Positions 56,179 through 64,000 of a DNA stretch of 64,000 nt are shown here, one piece after another (the stretch's first letter is position 1; each line of letters begins with the position of its first letter). The translations under genes and the position numbers were made by a program. The notes under the pieces were generated by a model. It ran no database searches, was not told the DNA's origin, and was given only the letters and a program-made list of their open reading frames with translations. Location of the stretch: the NCBI GenBank assembly GCA_038227875.1, contig JBBRPR010000010.1, positions 130,344 to 194,343 on the forward strand, written 5' to 3'. The stretch is from Planctomycetota bacterium (GTDB taxonomy: Bacteria; Planctomycetota; SZUA-567; H5-PLA8).

Positions 56179-56973
56179 AAGCGTTTCCAATCCACACACA
56201 TCCGAAACCACCGGAAAGCGCTCGTCATCGAGCGGATCGCCGGCCTCGACGCCGGGATACTCCAGCACGTGCGGCGTTTTGGAGTACGTCGTGCCGTCGG
56301 GCATGTAGATGATCGCCAGTGCCTCGCGCATCGACGCGGAACGGTTCGGGCCGGCGTAGTGGCACGTCAGTCCGTTGTGAAACGTGCACGAGCCTGCGCG
56401 AAGCGGCACGCAAACGGCCTTCTTGCCCAGCAGCTGTGGCGCGATCTCTTTCAATTCGCGGGTCGCGGAGAGGTCCACGGCGGGAATATCACTGAGCTTC
56501 TGCGTGCCGGGAATGAACGACAGACAACCGCTGCGCGGCGTCGCGTCGGTGAGCGCCAGCCAGAGACTCAGCTGATTGCCTTTCTGCTGATGCGGCCAGT
56601 AGTGCGTGTCCTGGTGCCACACGGTTCGGCCGCCCTTGTGCGGTTCCTTGTAGAGCGCATGGTCGTGGAAAATCCGCACAGAGTACCCGAAAAGTCGCGC
56701 CGCGAGATTGGCGAAGCGGCGCGCCAGGATGAATTCCTGCAGGTGCGCGTGCCGGCGCCAGAGGTTGATGCGCTGAATAAAGACCTGCTCGTACGATGAC
56801 TTTTCGGAGAACGCGCGTTTGTCGTCTCGAACCTCCTGGAGCACCGCGCCGGTCACCGCGGAGCGCATGCGCTCCAGCTCGGTCCCGGTCACTACGTCCT
56901 CGAGTTGTACGAATCCATGCTCGCGGTAGAACTCGATCTGCGCGCGGGAGAGGGAATAGTCGGCTTCAAACAT
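56134..56973 (-). CDS. PhyH family dioxygenase (copy 2)
   Basis: WHQDTHYWP and HYAGPNR; colinear with 41560-42384. Confidence 0.92.
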   Translation of the reverse strand: MFEADYSLSRAQIEFYREHGFVQLEDVVTGTELERMRSAVTGAVLQEVRDDKRAFSEKSSYEQVFIQRINLWRRHAHLQEFILARRFANLAARLFGYSVRIFHDHALYKEPHKGGRTVWHQDTHYWPHQQKGNQLSLWLALTDATPRSGCLSFIPGTQKLSDIPAVDLSATRELKEIAPQLLGKKAVCVPLRAGSCTFHNGLTCHYAGPNRSASMREALAIIYMPDGTTYSKTPHVLEYPGVEAGDPLDDERFPVVSDVCGLETLPVCHGAGGRMLTPC

Positions 56974-57072
56974 GGCGTGTCCTCGATTTTACCCAGTGGA
57001 ATCTGCTTCCGAACGAATAGACTGTACGGAATCCACGGATTCAAGGCTTGAACGAATGATCGAATTACTTGT

Positions 57073-57993
57073 ATGAAATCACGATTGCTCAAACCGCAAT
57101 ACACGATCACCCAGGAGTGGGCGAAGCTCTCCGCCGCGCGCCCGGTGAACACGCAGGACTTCCACGTCGTCACGTCCGTCCCGCCGCACGATCACCTCTA
57201 CTACGAGATCTGCTTCGTCCATCGTGGATCGGCGCTGCACCGCACGGATTTCTACGACGCGGAATTGCGCCGCGGTTCGGTCGTCGTGATGGCGCCAGGC
57301 ACGGTCCATGCGTTCGAGAAAACGCGTAGCCTCGACGTGACCAACATCTACTATTTGGCCGAATGGCTCCTGAACGACACGCGCCAACTGTTCGAGCACG
57401 AGGGTCTGGTGCCGCTGTTTCTCGCCGCCAGTCTCTTCCGCCGCCTGACGCCAATTCGCGTCCCGCAGTTTCAGCTCAACGAAACCGAGACCGATGAACT
57501 GCAGCGCGAACTCGCCGCACTGACGCGTGAACTGGCCACGGTGCGGCCGTCGCTGCTGCTACTCCGCTCGATCCTGACGAAATTCATGGTCCTGCTCAAC
57601 CGCGCGTACGTCCGCCAGGAATCGCGCGAGATGGGTTTCCAATTCCGCCGCGAAGTCTGGAGCGTGCTCGACTACATCGAGCAATGCATCGCCGACGGCG
57701 AAGGCATGAACGTCACGCACGCCGCGGAAAAACTCGACCTCTCGGTGAACCACCTGGTCGTACTCTTCAAGCAGGCCACGGGCTTTCCGCCACTGGAATA
57801 CTTCCAGCGCCGCCGCATCCACCAGGCTTGTCGCATGCTGCTCAACCCACGACTCTCAATCACGGAAATCGGCCACACCTTGAACTTCACCGACGCCGCG
57901 CATCTCTCGCGCCACTTCAAGCGCCTCGTCGGCGCGAGCCCGCGCGCGTACCGCCAACAGTATGCGCCGAAGACGGAAGGAGGGAAGGACTGA
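57073..57993 (+). CDS. AraC family regulator (copy 2)
   Basis: HDHLYYEI cupin plus HTH; colinear with 40554-41456. Confidence 0.92.
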   Translation: MKSRLLKPQYTITQEWAKLSAARPVNTQDFHVVTSVPPHDHLYYEICFVHRGSALHRTDFYDAELRRGSVVVMAPGTVHAFEKTRSLDVTNIYYLAEWLLNDTRQLFEHEGLVPLFLAASLFRRLTPIRVPQFQLNETETDELQRELAALTRELATVRPSLLLLRSILTKFMVLLNRAYVRQESREMGFQFRREVWSVLDYIEQCIADGEGMNVTHAAEKLDLSVNHLVVLFKQATGFPPLEYFQRRRIHQACRMLLNPRLSITEIGHTLNFTDAAHLSRHFKRLVGASPRAYRQQYAPKTEGGKD

Positions 57994-58074
57994 GGACTGA
58001 GCAACCGACGTGCGCAATATCAAACCTCGAGGTTGGCGCATCCGAACTCGGAGAACTCGACATTCGACATTCCT

Positions 58075-58941
58075 TCATTCCTTCCGCTCCTCGCCCATGT
58101 TCGACGTCCGCCGAAACACGCTGGGCGGCACGCCGACGCGTTTGCGAAACAGGCGCGAAAAATAATACGGGTCCGCGAAGCCCGTCTCCGCCGCGATCTG
58201 CTCGATCGTCAAGGGGCTGAGCGTCAGGAGGCTTTTCGCACGCTTGAGCTGCACGCGCAGAATGTACTCCTTCAGCGCGTAGCCGGTTTGCGAGCGGAAT
58301 TGGCGGCGCAGCGTGGAGTAGCCGACGTTCAGCCGCTCCGCCAGAGATTCCGGATCGAGCTGCGCGGGATTCTCGTTCTCGATGATGCGCACGGCCTTGG
58401 TCACCGGTGAGGCGGCGGCGCCGTTCTCGCCGCCGATCAGACCCGTGCTGATGCCGTGCGCCAGCACCACGAGCTGATACGCCAGCGCCGCGCCCAGCGG
58501 GACGGAAAGCGGGCCGCTGTTGAGGAAGACGTTTTCCAGGCGCGAGAAGAGCGATGCTACTTCCGGGTCGTTGCCGACGTTCACGAACGGATTGGCCGCA
58601 GACAGAAAGCCCTGCCGCTCGAACGCCTCCACCACCGGTCCGTTGAACACAAACCAGCGTACCGACCACGGACCATGGACGGGACGATAACTGTGGCGCA
58701 CGGTCGGAAATAGCCAATACAGTGTCCCCGCCGAAAGTTCGCGGTCTCCGGTCGTCTCGCTGGTGAACCACGCTTTTCCCGCCGTGATCCAGCACGCCGC
58801 GTACTGCCCCAGCACGCGATCGCGCAAGTTCGTCTGCGCATCGCCAACGTTGTAGCCCGCGGAACTCACCCACAGCCCCAGCTGCTGGTGCGCCGCGCTC
58901 GGAACTTCATAGCGCGAAACAAATTGCGGCGATGGCTTCAT
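58075..58941 (-). CDS. AraC family regulator
   Basis: LFPTVRHSY; IEQIAAETGFADPYYFSRLFRKRVGVPPSVFR. Confidence 0.92.
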   Translation of the reverse strand: MKPSPQFVSRYEVPSAAHQQLGLWVSSAGYNVGDAQTNLRDRVLGQYAACWITAGKAWFTSETTGDRELSAGTLYWLFPTVRHSYRPVHGPWSVRWFVFNGPVVEAFERQGFLSAANPFVNVGNDPEVASLFSRLENVFLNSGPLSVPLGAALAYQLVVLAHGISTGLIGGENGAAASPVTKAVRIIENENPAQLDPESLAERLNVGYSTLRRQFRSQTGYALKEYILRVQLKRAKSLLTLSPLTIEQIAAETGFADPYYFSRLFRKRVGVPPSVFRRTSNMGEERKE

Positions 58942-59098
58942 CGGCACGTCCTCAGAAAATCGAGCAAAAAGTCCAGCCAATTCGAGCAACCATTCCATGG
59001 CTGCTGCTCTGACATGAGTGTATATAGGATGCATCGCTTCAGACAGGATTGCAATCGTTCAATCAAAATGTCCATTACGCCAACAGAGGAGACCGCCC

Positions 59099-59899
59099 AT
59101 GTCCGCCGCCGTCGAATCCGCCCCGGTTGCCGCTGCCGCTGTCATGCCCAATCCGCCCGCGACGTCTCTGACTCAGGAACAGATCGACACTTTCTGGCAG
59201 AACGGCTATCTGCGCATCGGCAGCCTCTTGAAGTCCGATGAGATTGAAACTCTGCGCAAGGAATACGATCGGGTCTTCGCCGAAGAGGAGGCACGTGGCG
59301 GCGCGCGCAACTTGTCGGTTGGCACCAAAAAAAGCGAATCCCAGCTGCGTATGCTGCAGATCATGAATGTGTATCAACGCAGCCTGCAGTTCACGAAGCT
59401 GCTCTACGACACGCGCATCCTGGACCTGGTGCAGGACCTGATCGGGCCGAATATTATGCTTTTCCACGATCAGGCTTTAAACAAGCCGTCGCGCACGGGC
59501 GGCGCTGTCTTCTGGCATCAGGACAACGCCTACTGGAAGTGCCGCCCCGCCACGCTGATGTCCTGCTGGATGACGCTCGACGATGTCAACGTCTCCAACG
59601 GAGCCATGCAGCTCATTCCGAAAAGCCACCTGCAACCGGTTTGGCATGGTTCCACTGACACCACCGACTTTCTCGTGGAAGCCGGTGCCATTGACACGTC
59701 CAAAGCCGAAGTGGTGGACCTGCCCGCGGGTGGAATCATGTTTCACCACTGCCAGACGTTGCATTACACCGCGCCTAACACCACCGACCGTCAGCGGCGG
59801 GCGTTTGCCATCCATTTTATGAATCCGGGTACGCGAGGCGGGGATGGGAAGGTCATCGGAGTGGACTTCAATCACCCGATGTTGAGAATGAGAATGTAG
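59099..59899 (+). CDS. PhyH family dioxygenase
   Basis: FWHQDNAYW, NGAMQLIPKSH and TLHYTAPNTTDRQRR; GAGGAG RBS. Confidence 0.92.
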   Translation: MSAAVESAPVAAAAVMPNPPATSLTQEQIDTFWQNGYLRIGSLLKSDEIETLRKEYDRVFAEEEARGGARNLSVGTKKSESQLRMLQIMNVYQRSLQFTKLLYDTRILDLVQDLIGPNIMLFHDQALNKPSRTGGAVFWHQDNAYWKCRPATLMSCWMTLDDVNVSNGAMQLIPKSHLQPVWHGSTDTTDFLVEAGAIDTSKAEVVDLPAGGIMFHHCQTLHYTAPNTTDRQRRAFAIHFMNPGTRGGDGKVIGVDFNHPMLRMRM

Positions 59900-59957
59900 T
59901 CGTTCTATTTTTGAGAAGGCAGGAAACGCTATGCGCTTATCGTTTTCTCAATCTTGC

Positions 59958-60149
59958 TTACACGATTTGCGACGGCAGCGCCTGTCCAGAGCCCTTCACG
60001 CAGCGTCGGATTTTCATGACGCGATCGTAAGCTTCGGCAAAGCGCGTCTTTGTATCCTCGCTCAAATTTCGGAAGATCTCGCGCTCAATGCGCTCCAGTT
60101 CTTCGCGTGCGGCCTGGAGATCTGCGCTAGTGAATTCGTTGTGTTGCAT
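59958..60149 (-). CDS. Small hypothetical helical protein
   Basis: GGAGG RBS before ATG 60149; 63-aa amphipathic ORF. Confidence 0.5.
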   Translation of the reverse strand: MQHNEFTSADLQAAREELERIEREIFRNLSEDTKTRFAEAYDRVMKIRRCVKGSGQALPSQIV

Positions 60150-60236
60150 AAACCACCTCCGATTCGCATTCTGCGACCTACACCTCCTATACTGGCAATC
60201 CGATTGCCAATGTGATTGCAAAGAATGCAGACGATC

Positions 60237-62462
60237 TTACTGCAGCGGTTTAAGCTCTGCCGTCTCGCGTTCAAAGCGCAGGGTAAAAACAGATCCGTCC
60301 GTTTCCACCAGCCAGAGCAATTTGCGCTTGGCGTCCCATTCGACGCCTGTCGACACGTTGTAAACAGGGGCAACGTTTTTACTCGTGGTGGTGCAGGGAT
60401 CACTCATCTCGAGCCACTGATCACCGGCGCAATCGTAGAAAACGGTGCGTTGCGTTTTGCCCGGCGTGGGAATCAGCACCAGATCAACGTCCGGAATGTA
60501 CGTGGCCTCGCGACCCATGTTCAGATCCTGGGGAAACGACGCGGCATTCTTTGGTGTCAGCGTGGTGGCGGTTTTCGTTTTCAGATCGCAGGACCACACC
60601 TTCGCCTTTTCCGGAACGCCGAAGTGGAACAGCAATACCCGATCGCGCTTGGAATCGTAGGTGATGCCCTGCCGGTCGCCGAATGTCGCAAACGGAAAAG
60701 TCGTGCTGTCCTTCTTGTCGGTTCCTGCCAGCGGAGTGAACACGCGCTCCGACATTTTCGCCAGCCAAAGGCCCGTCTCGCCGCCCGACCCGCCACGCTT
60801 GTCGCCCCACACCGCAATGCCCTGCGGCGTCGGCACCATGCACGTCTTGTGGCGTTCAATGTCGAACCAACCGCCGTCGATTTTCCACTGCGGCGCCGAC
60901 CACGCGTACGTTTCCGGATCGTACGTCCACAGCCCGCACGGATTGGTCACGCGTGAGCAGCCGTGCGACCCGGCCCAGATCATCTTGCCGGTCGCGGCAT
61001 CCATCGCGTACGACAGGTAGCTGTGCGGCCCCCACGGCTTGGCGGAAAGCGTCGGCACCGGCGAACCGTCGTTGGAGTACGCATACTCAAACGGAATTTC
61101 CGGCGTGTAAAGCGTGTGCCAGCGGTTGGTGGCCAGGCTGTAATGCGCCACGTCCGTGCCGCAATGCGACGAATGCCCGCCGGCCCAGTGCAGCAGTTGA
61201 TCGTGCTCCACGTCCAGGATGGTCGTGCCCCAATCGCGGTTCACGTGCTGGACCGGCGGCTTGACGTTGACCCATTTGTTGGCGGGAATTTTCTTGAGGA
61301 ACTCCTGAAACGCAGCGGCATCGGCAGGCGGCACGTTCTCATACCACGCCGGATCGAAACCGTTCTCGCGAACCTTGATCGTGCCCGGCGCGACGCCCGC
61401 CTTGGCGGTGCCCGCGTCCGTCGCGGGGAGCTCCAGCTTGCCGCTCACTTCGCCAATCTTCTTGCCGTACGAAAGTTGATCGGCTTTCCAGGCGAGACTT
61501 TTGCCGTCGTCGTTGAGCGTCAGCTCGACCGACGGTTGCGCGGTCGTATTGGCTGCTTTGCCTTCGCCTGCCTTGAGCAGCGTCCACGTAGCCGACGCGA
61601 TCTCGAACTGCCACACGTCCACCGGCAGACGGTTCCACAGCCCGCCGCAGTAGCTCATGCTGCCGGCCGGCTCGAATCCGCCAGCGAGATACACCTTGCC
61701 TTTTTGAGCGGCCAGACGCATACCGCAGCGCGGCGAGGGGGCGACGGCGGGGTGGGCCAGCGACCACGTCCGCGTCGCGCAGTCGTAAATCCACGTGTCG
61801 TTGTACGCGCCGAATTCCCCTTCGCCGCCAAAGAGTACGATCTTCTTTGTCTCTACGTCGAAAACCAAACCGGAGTAATTCCGTGGCGCCGGCTCCGCTA
61901 AAAGCGCGAATTCCGATTTCACCAGCGCCATCCATCCCTCGCGGGCCGCGCCGATTTCCTTCGCGCTGGGAGCGGAACTCAATTTCGTCGCCAGTCCGGC
62001 GAAGAAGCCCTTCGCCTCCGCGCCGAACGCCGGCTTATCCACGCGCGCCGCGAGGCCCCGGGCCGTCTCATCGAGCTTGACCGCCACCGCTTTCTGATTC
62101 TCGGATTGGTAATAACGATTGGCGACGGCCGCATACAGCAACCGCGCGTCGGCCACCGCAGCGTGAACCTCCGCCAGCTCCGGCCTCTCCTTGAACTCGG
62201 CCCGCTTCCACGCATTGTCTTTGAAGATGTACGTCAGCAGCGCGCCGGTTTTTGAAATCCCACCGGTGCCGCCGAACCAGAGCCACTCGTTGTTGACCTC
62301 GTCCTTGACGCTCGTGCCCCATTTGCACGGCGGCGTCTGAGTGCCGATCGGGCCGGTCGTTTCATTGGCGGAAGGCGGAGCCTCGGCACTATTGATCAGG
62401 CGCGGACTCAGCGCCACCGCAGCGAAGACAGTCGCGCACGCCAGAAATTTGAAGCTCATCAT
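60237..62462 (-). CDS. Secreted Kelch-like beta-propeller protein
   Basis: Signal peptide; IVLFGG..NDTWIYD...W..PSPR and WAGGHSS repeats. Confidence 0.82.
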   Translation of the reverse strand: MMSFKFLACATVFAAVALSPRLINSAEAPPSANETTGPIGTQTPPCKWGTSVKDEVNNEWLWFGGTGGISKTGALLTYIFKDNAWKRAEFKERPELAEVHAAVADARLLYAAVANRYYQSENQKAVAVKLDETARGLAARVDKPAFGAEAKGFFAGLATKLSSAPSAKEIGAAREGWMALVKSEFALLAEPAPRNYSGLVFDVETKKIVLFGGEGEFGAYNDTWIYDCATRTWSLAHPAVAPSPRCGMRLAAQKGKVYLAGGFEPAGSMSYCGGLWNRLPVDVWQFEIASATWTLLKAGEGKAANTTAQPSVELTLNDDGKSLAWKADQLSYGKKIGEVSGKLELPATDAGTAKAGVAPGTIKVRENGFDPAWYENVPPADAAAFQEFLKKIPANKWVNVKPPVQHVNRDWGTTILDVEHDQLLHWAGGHSSHCGTDVAHYSLATNRWHTLYTPEIPFEYAYSNDGSPVPTLSAKPWGPHSYLSYAMDAATGKMIWAGSHGCSRVTNPCGLWTYDPETYAWSAPQWKIDGGWFDIERHKTCMVPTPQGIAVWGDKRGGSGGETGLWLAKMSERVFTPLAGTDKKDSTTFPFATFGDRQGITYDSKRDRVLLFHFGVPEKAKVWSCDLKTKTATTLTPKNAASFPQDLNMGREATYIPDVDLVLIPTPGKTQRTVFYDCAGDQWLEMSDPCTTTSKNVAPVYNVSTGVEWDAKRKLLWLVETDGSVFTLRFERETAELKPLQ

Positions 62463-62478
62463 TTTCTTCTCCCCCAAC

Positions 62479-63606
62479 TCAAGCCTTCTTTGCCCGCTCC
62501 TGGATCTTCAGCCGCGTTGCCACACGGATCTGCAGCCGCGTCATCGCCGGGTCGGCGCGGCGCAGTTGCAGGCAGCGCACGGCTGCTTCGGCCAGCTCCG
62601 AAATCTTCCACACAATCGCCGGCGGCACCGGCCCGCCGGCAAAACGCGCCGCGTAGCCTTCGTCGTAATGTTCTTCCGTCGACCACCCGACCATTTCAAA
62701 ATCGCGGCCCGGCACAAGCCGCCGTTCGCGCGCCGCGGTGATCAGCGCCTCCGCCGCTTCCTGCCACAGCGCGAGAATCGCCGTCGGCCGCGTGCTCCGG
62801 TCGAGCAACTCCCCCGCGCGCCGCGCCGACGTCGCCCTGTCGCCCAGCGGCGCCACTACGCTCAAGCCGCGGGTCAGCGGTAACCCAGCTGCCGCTAACG
62901 CGCCGGCCGCTCCGCAGTAGCGATCGAGAATCTGCGTGCTGCTGTGCGGGTCCGGCCCCAGCCAGCCGATCCGTTCATGGCCCAGTTTCAAAAGATGCTG
63001 CGCGGCCAGAATTCCGCCCATCTCGCCGTCCTGAACCACGCCGTCCGCGCCGGGGTTCAGACTCAGCGCATCGACCACCACTGTCGGCACGCCGGCCTGA
63101 GCCAACGGTTGCAGCAATGGCGTCGCATGCGTCTCCAGAATCGCACCGCAGACGCGCGCAGCGGTGAGCTGCGCCTGAATCTCGCCGAATCCGCCGCCGC
63201 CATCCGCGCTGCCGACCACCAGCAGCGACCACCCGCGCCGCGCCGCCTCCTGCTGAAATGCGACGAGCAGCTGGCGATGAAAATCGTCCCAATGCCCCTG
63301 ACCCGGCGCGGCCACGTGCGGAATGTACGCCACCGGCAAGCCGCGATCCGGATCGCCGGCGCGCGCCATCACGCGGAAACCGCGCCGCGCCTCCGAACGC
63401 ACCAGACCCTCCGACACCAGCACGCGCATCGCCCGCTCCACGGTCCGCTTGTTGACGCGGTAATCGTCGGCGACCTTGCGCACGGCGGGCAGAAATTGTC
63501 CGCCGGGAAAGCGCCCGCTGACAATCTCCGCGCGCAGCCGCGCCGCGACCTGCGTCGCGAAGCGCCCCTCGCTTCTTGCAATCTCTGGGTTACTCGTGAC
63601 CCCCAT
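62479..63606 (-). CDS. GntR-HTH / LacI-type sugar-binding transcriptional regulator
   Basis: FLPAVRKVA..TVERAM..L..EG; LGHERIG, PTAI and VPGRDFEMVG; GAGGAGG RBS. Confidence 0.9.
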   Translation of the reverse strand: MGVTSNPEIARSEGRFATQVAARLRAEIVSGRFPGGQFLPAVRKVADDYRVNKRTVERAMRVLVSEGLVRSEARRGFRVMARAGDPDRGLPVAYIPHVAAPGQGHWDDFHRQLLVAFQQEAARRGWSLLVVGSADGGGGFGEIQAQLTAARVCGAILETHATPLLQPLAQAGVPTVVVDALSLNPGADGVVQDGEMGGILAAQHLLKLGHERIGWLGPDPHSSTQILDRYCGAAGALAAAGLPLTRGLSVVAPLGDRATSARRAGELLDRSTRPTAILALWQEAAEALITAARERRLVPGRDFEMVGWSTEEHYDEGYAARFAGGPVPPAIVWKISELAEAAVRCLQLRRADPAMTRLQIRVATRLKIQERAKKA

Positions 63607-63633
63607 ACTGACCTCCTCACGAAAGAATACACC

Positions 63634-63653
63634 CGTTGTCACGCGTTGTCACG
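63634..63653. promoter_or_regulatory. Perfect 10-bp direct repeat upstream of the GntR gene
   Basis: CGTTGTCACG twice. Confidence 0.5.
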
Positions 63654-63727
63654 AGTTTCTTCTTGAGTTCGAAAAGTTTGAACGTAGCCAAGCTCTACAT
63701 CTTCAAAAGTGGGAATAGTTTTAAGGG

Positions 63728-64000
63728 GGGTATCCATTTCGAGCAAGTAATCCTACTTTGCCATAGCTGTCGCCTCCATTCCGCCGAGGAGATTCCGGTA
63801 GTATGTCGAGGGCGTAGACGCCGCCTGCTGCATAAGCCGGTAGAAGAGCAGCCCGCGGGGGGCAGATGTGCGTCGGTTGAACCGAAACGTGTATTCGTCG
63901 AGATAGTAGTCGAGATGCTTGTTGCTCACTGCGCCTTGGTGAGTTCCAAGCAGCCATCGTTTGAGAAGGGCTGCGATGCGGTGGACACCCGGCATCAGAA
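63728..64000 (-). mobile_element. IS1595-family element, 3' end (transposase C-terminus 63753->64000, truncated by the window edge)
   Basis: PGVHRIAALLKRWLLGTHQGAVSNKHLDYYLDEYTFRFNRR; candidate terminal repeat GGGTATCCATTTCGAGC at about 63728. Confidence 0.88.

Overview
GC-rich bacterial chromosomal window. It is most likely from a Planctomycetota-type organism, inferred from HEAT-repeat, STN-only, prepilin/DUF1559-like, PQQ/LamG and Zn-ribbon membrane proteins. Left to right it holds: a TerC-family gene; a DUF2760 protein with a long E-V-I-K-E-V-P-V repeat tract followed by an ARA1-like GHMP kinase and galE; HEAT-repeat genes; and a KimA/YdaO-like APC transporter divergent from hypothetical-kdpD-kdpE (no kdpFABC). 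Next is a fused-selD / arsS / VTT / flavoprotein disulfide reductase / glycosyltransferase operon that meets, tail to tail, a Fur-boxed porin-Rieske-CofC-like transferase operon. Then come leuC, a heparinase II/III protein, dut, marR-doxX-pirin and mbfA. An accessory-looking stretch (about 40.5-54.1 kb) ends at tRNA-Asn with a GIY-YIG gene and paired hairpin repeats. The window closes with hpnH, further AraC/PhyH pairs, a Kelch protein, a GntR-LacI regulator and the end of an IS1595 element. Several families of intergenic palindromic repeats recur. Best candidates for undescribed biology: the Cys-only SelD/ArsS cluster without arsM, the mirror-image KdpE-type promoters, the tRNA-3'-anchored hairpin/GIY-YIG element and related REP-like families, and a structured leader upstream of an ankyrin gene. 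Family assignments are from motif recognition only; no searches were run.
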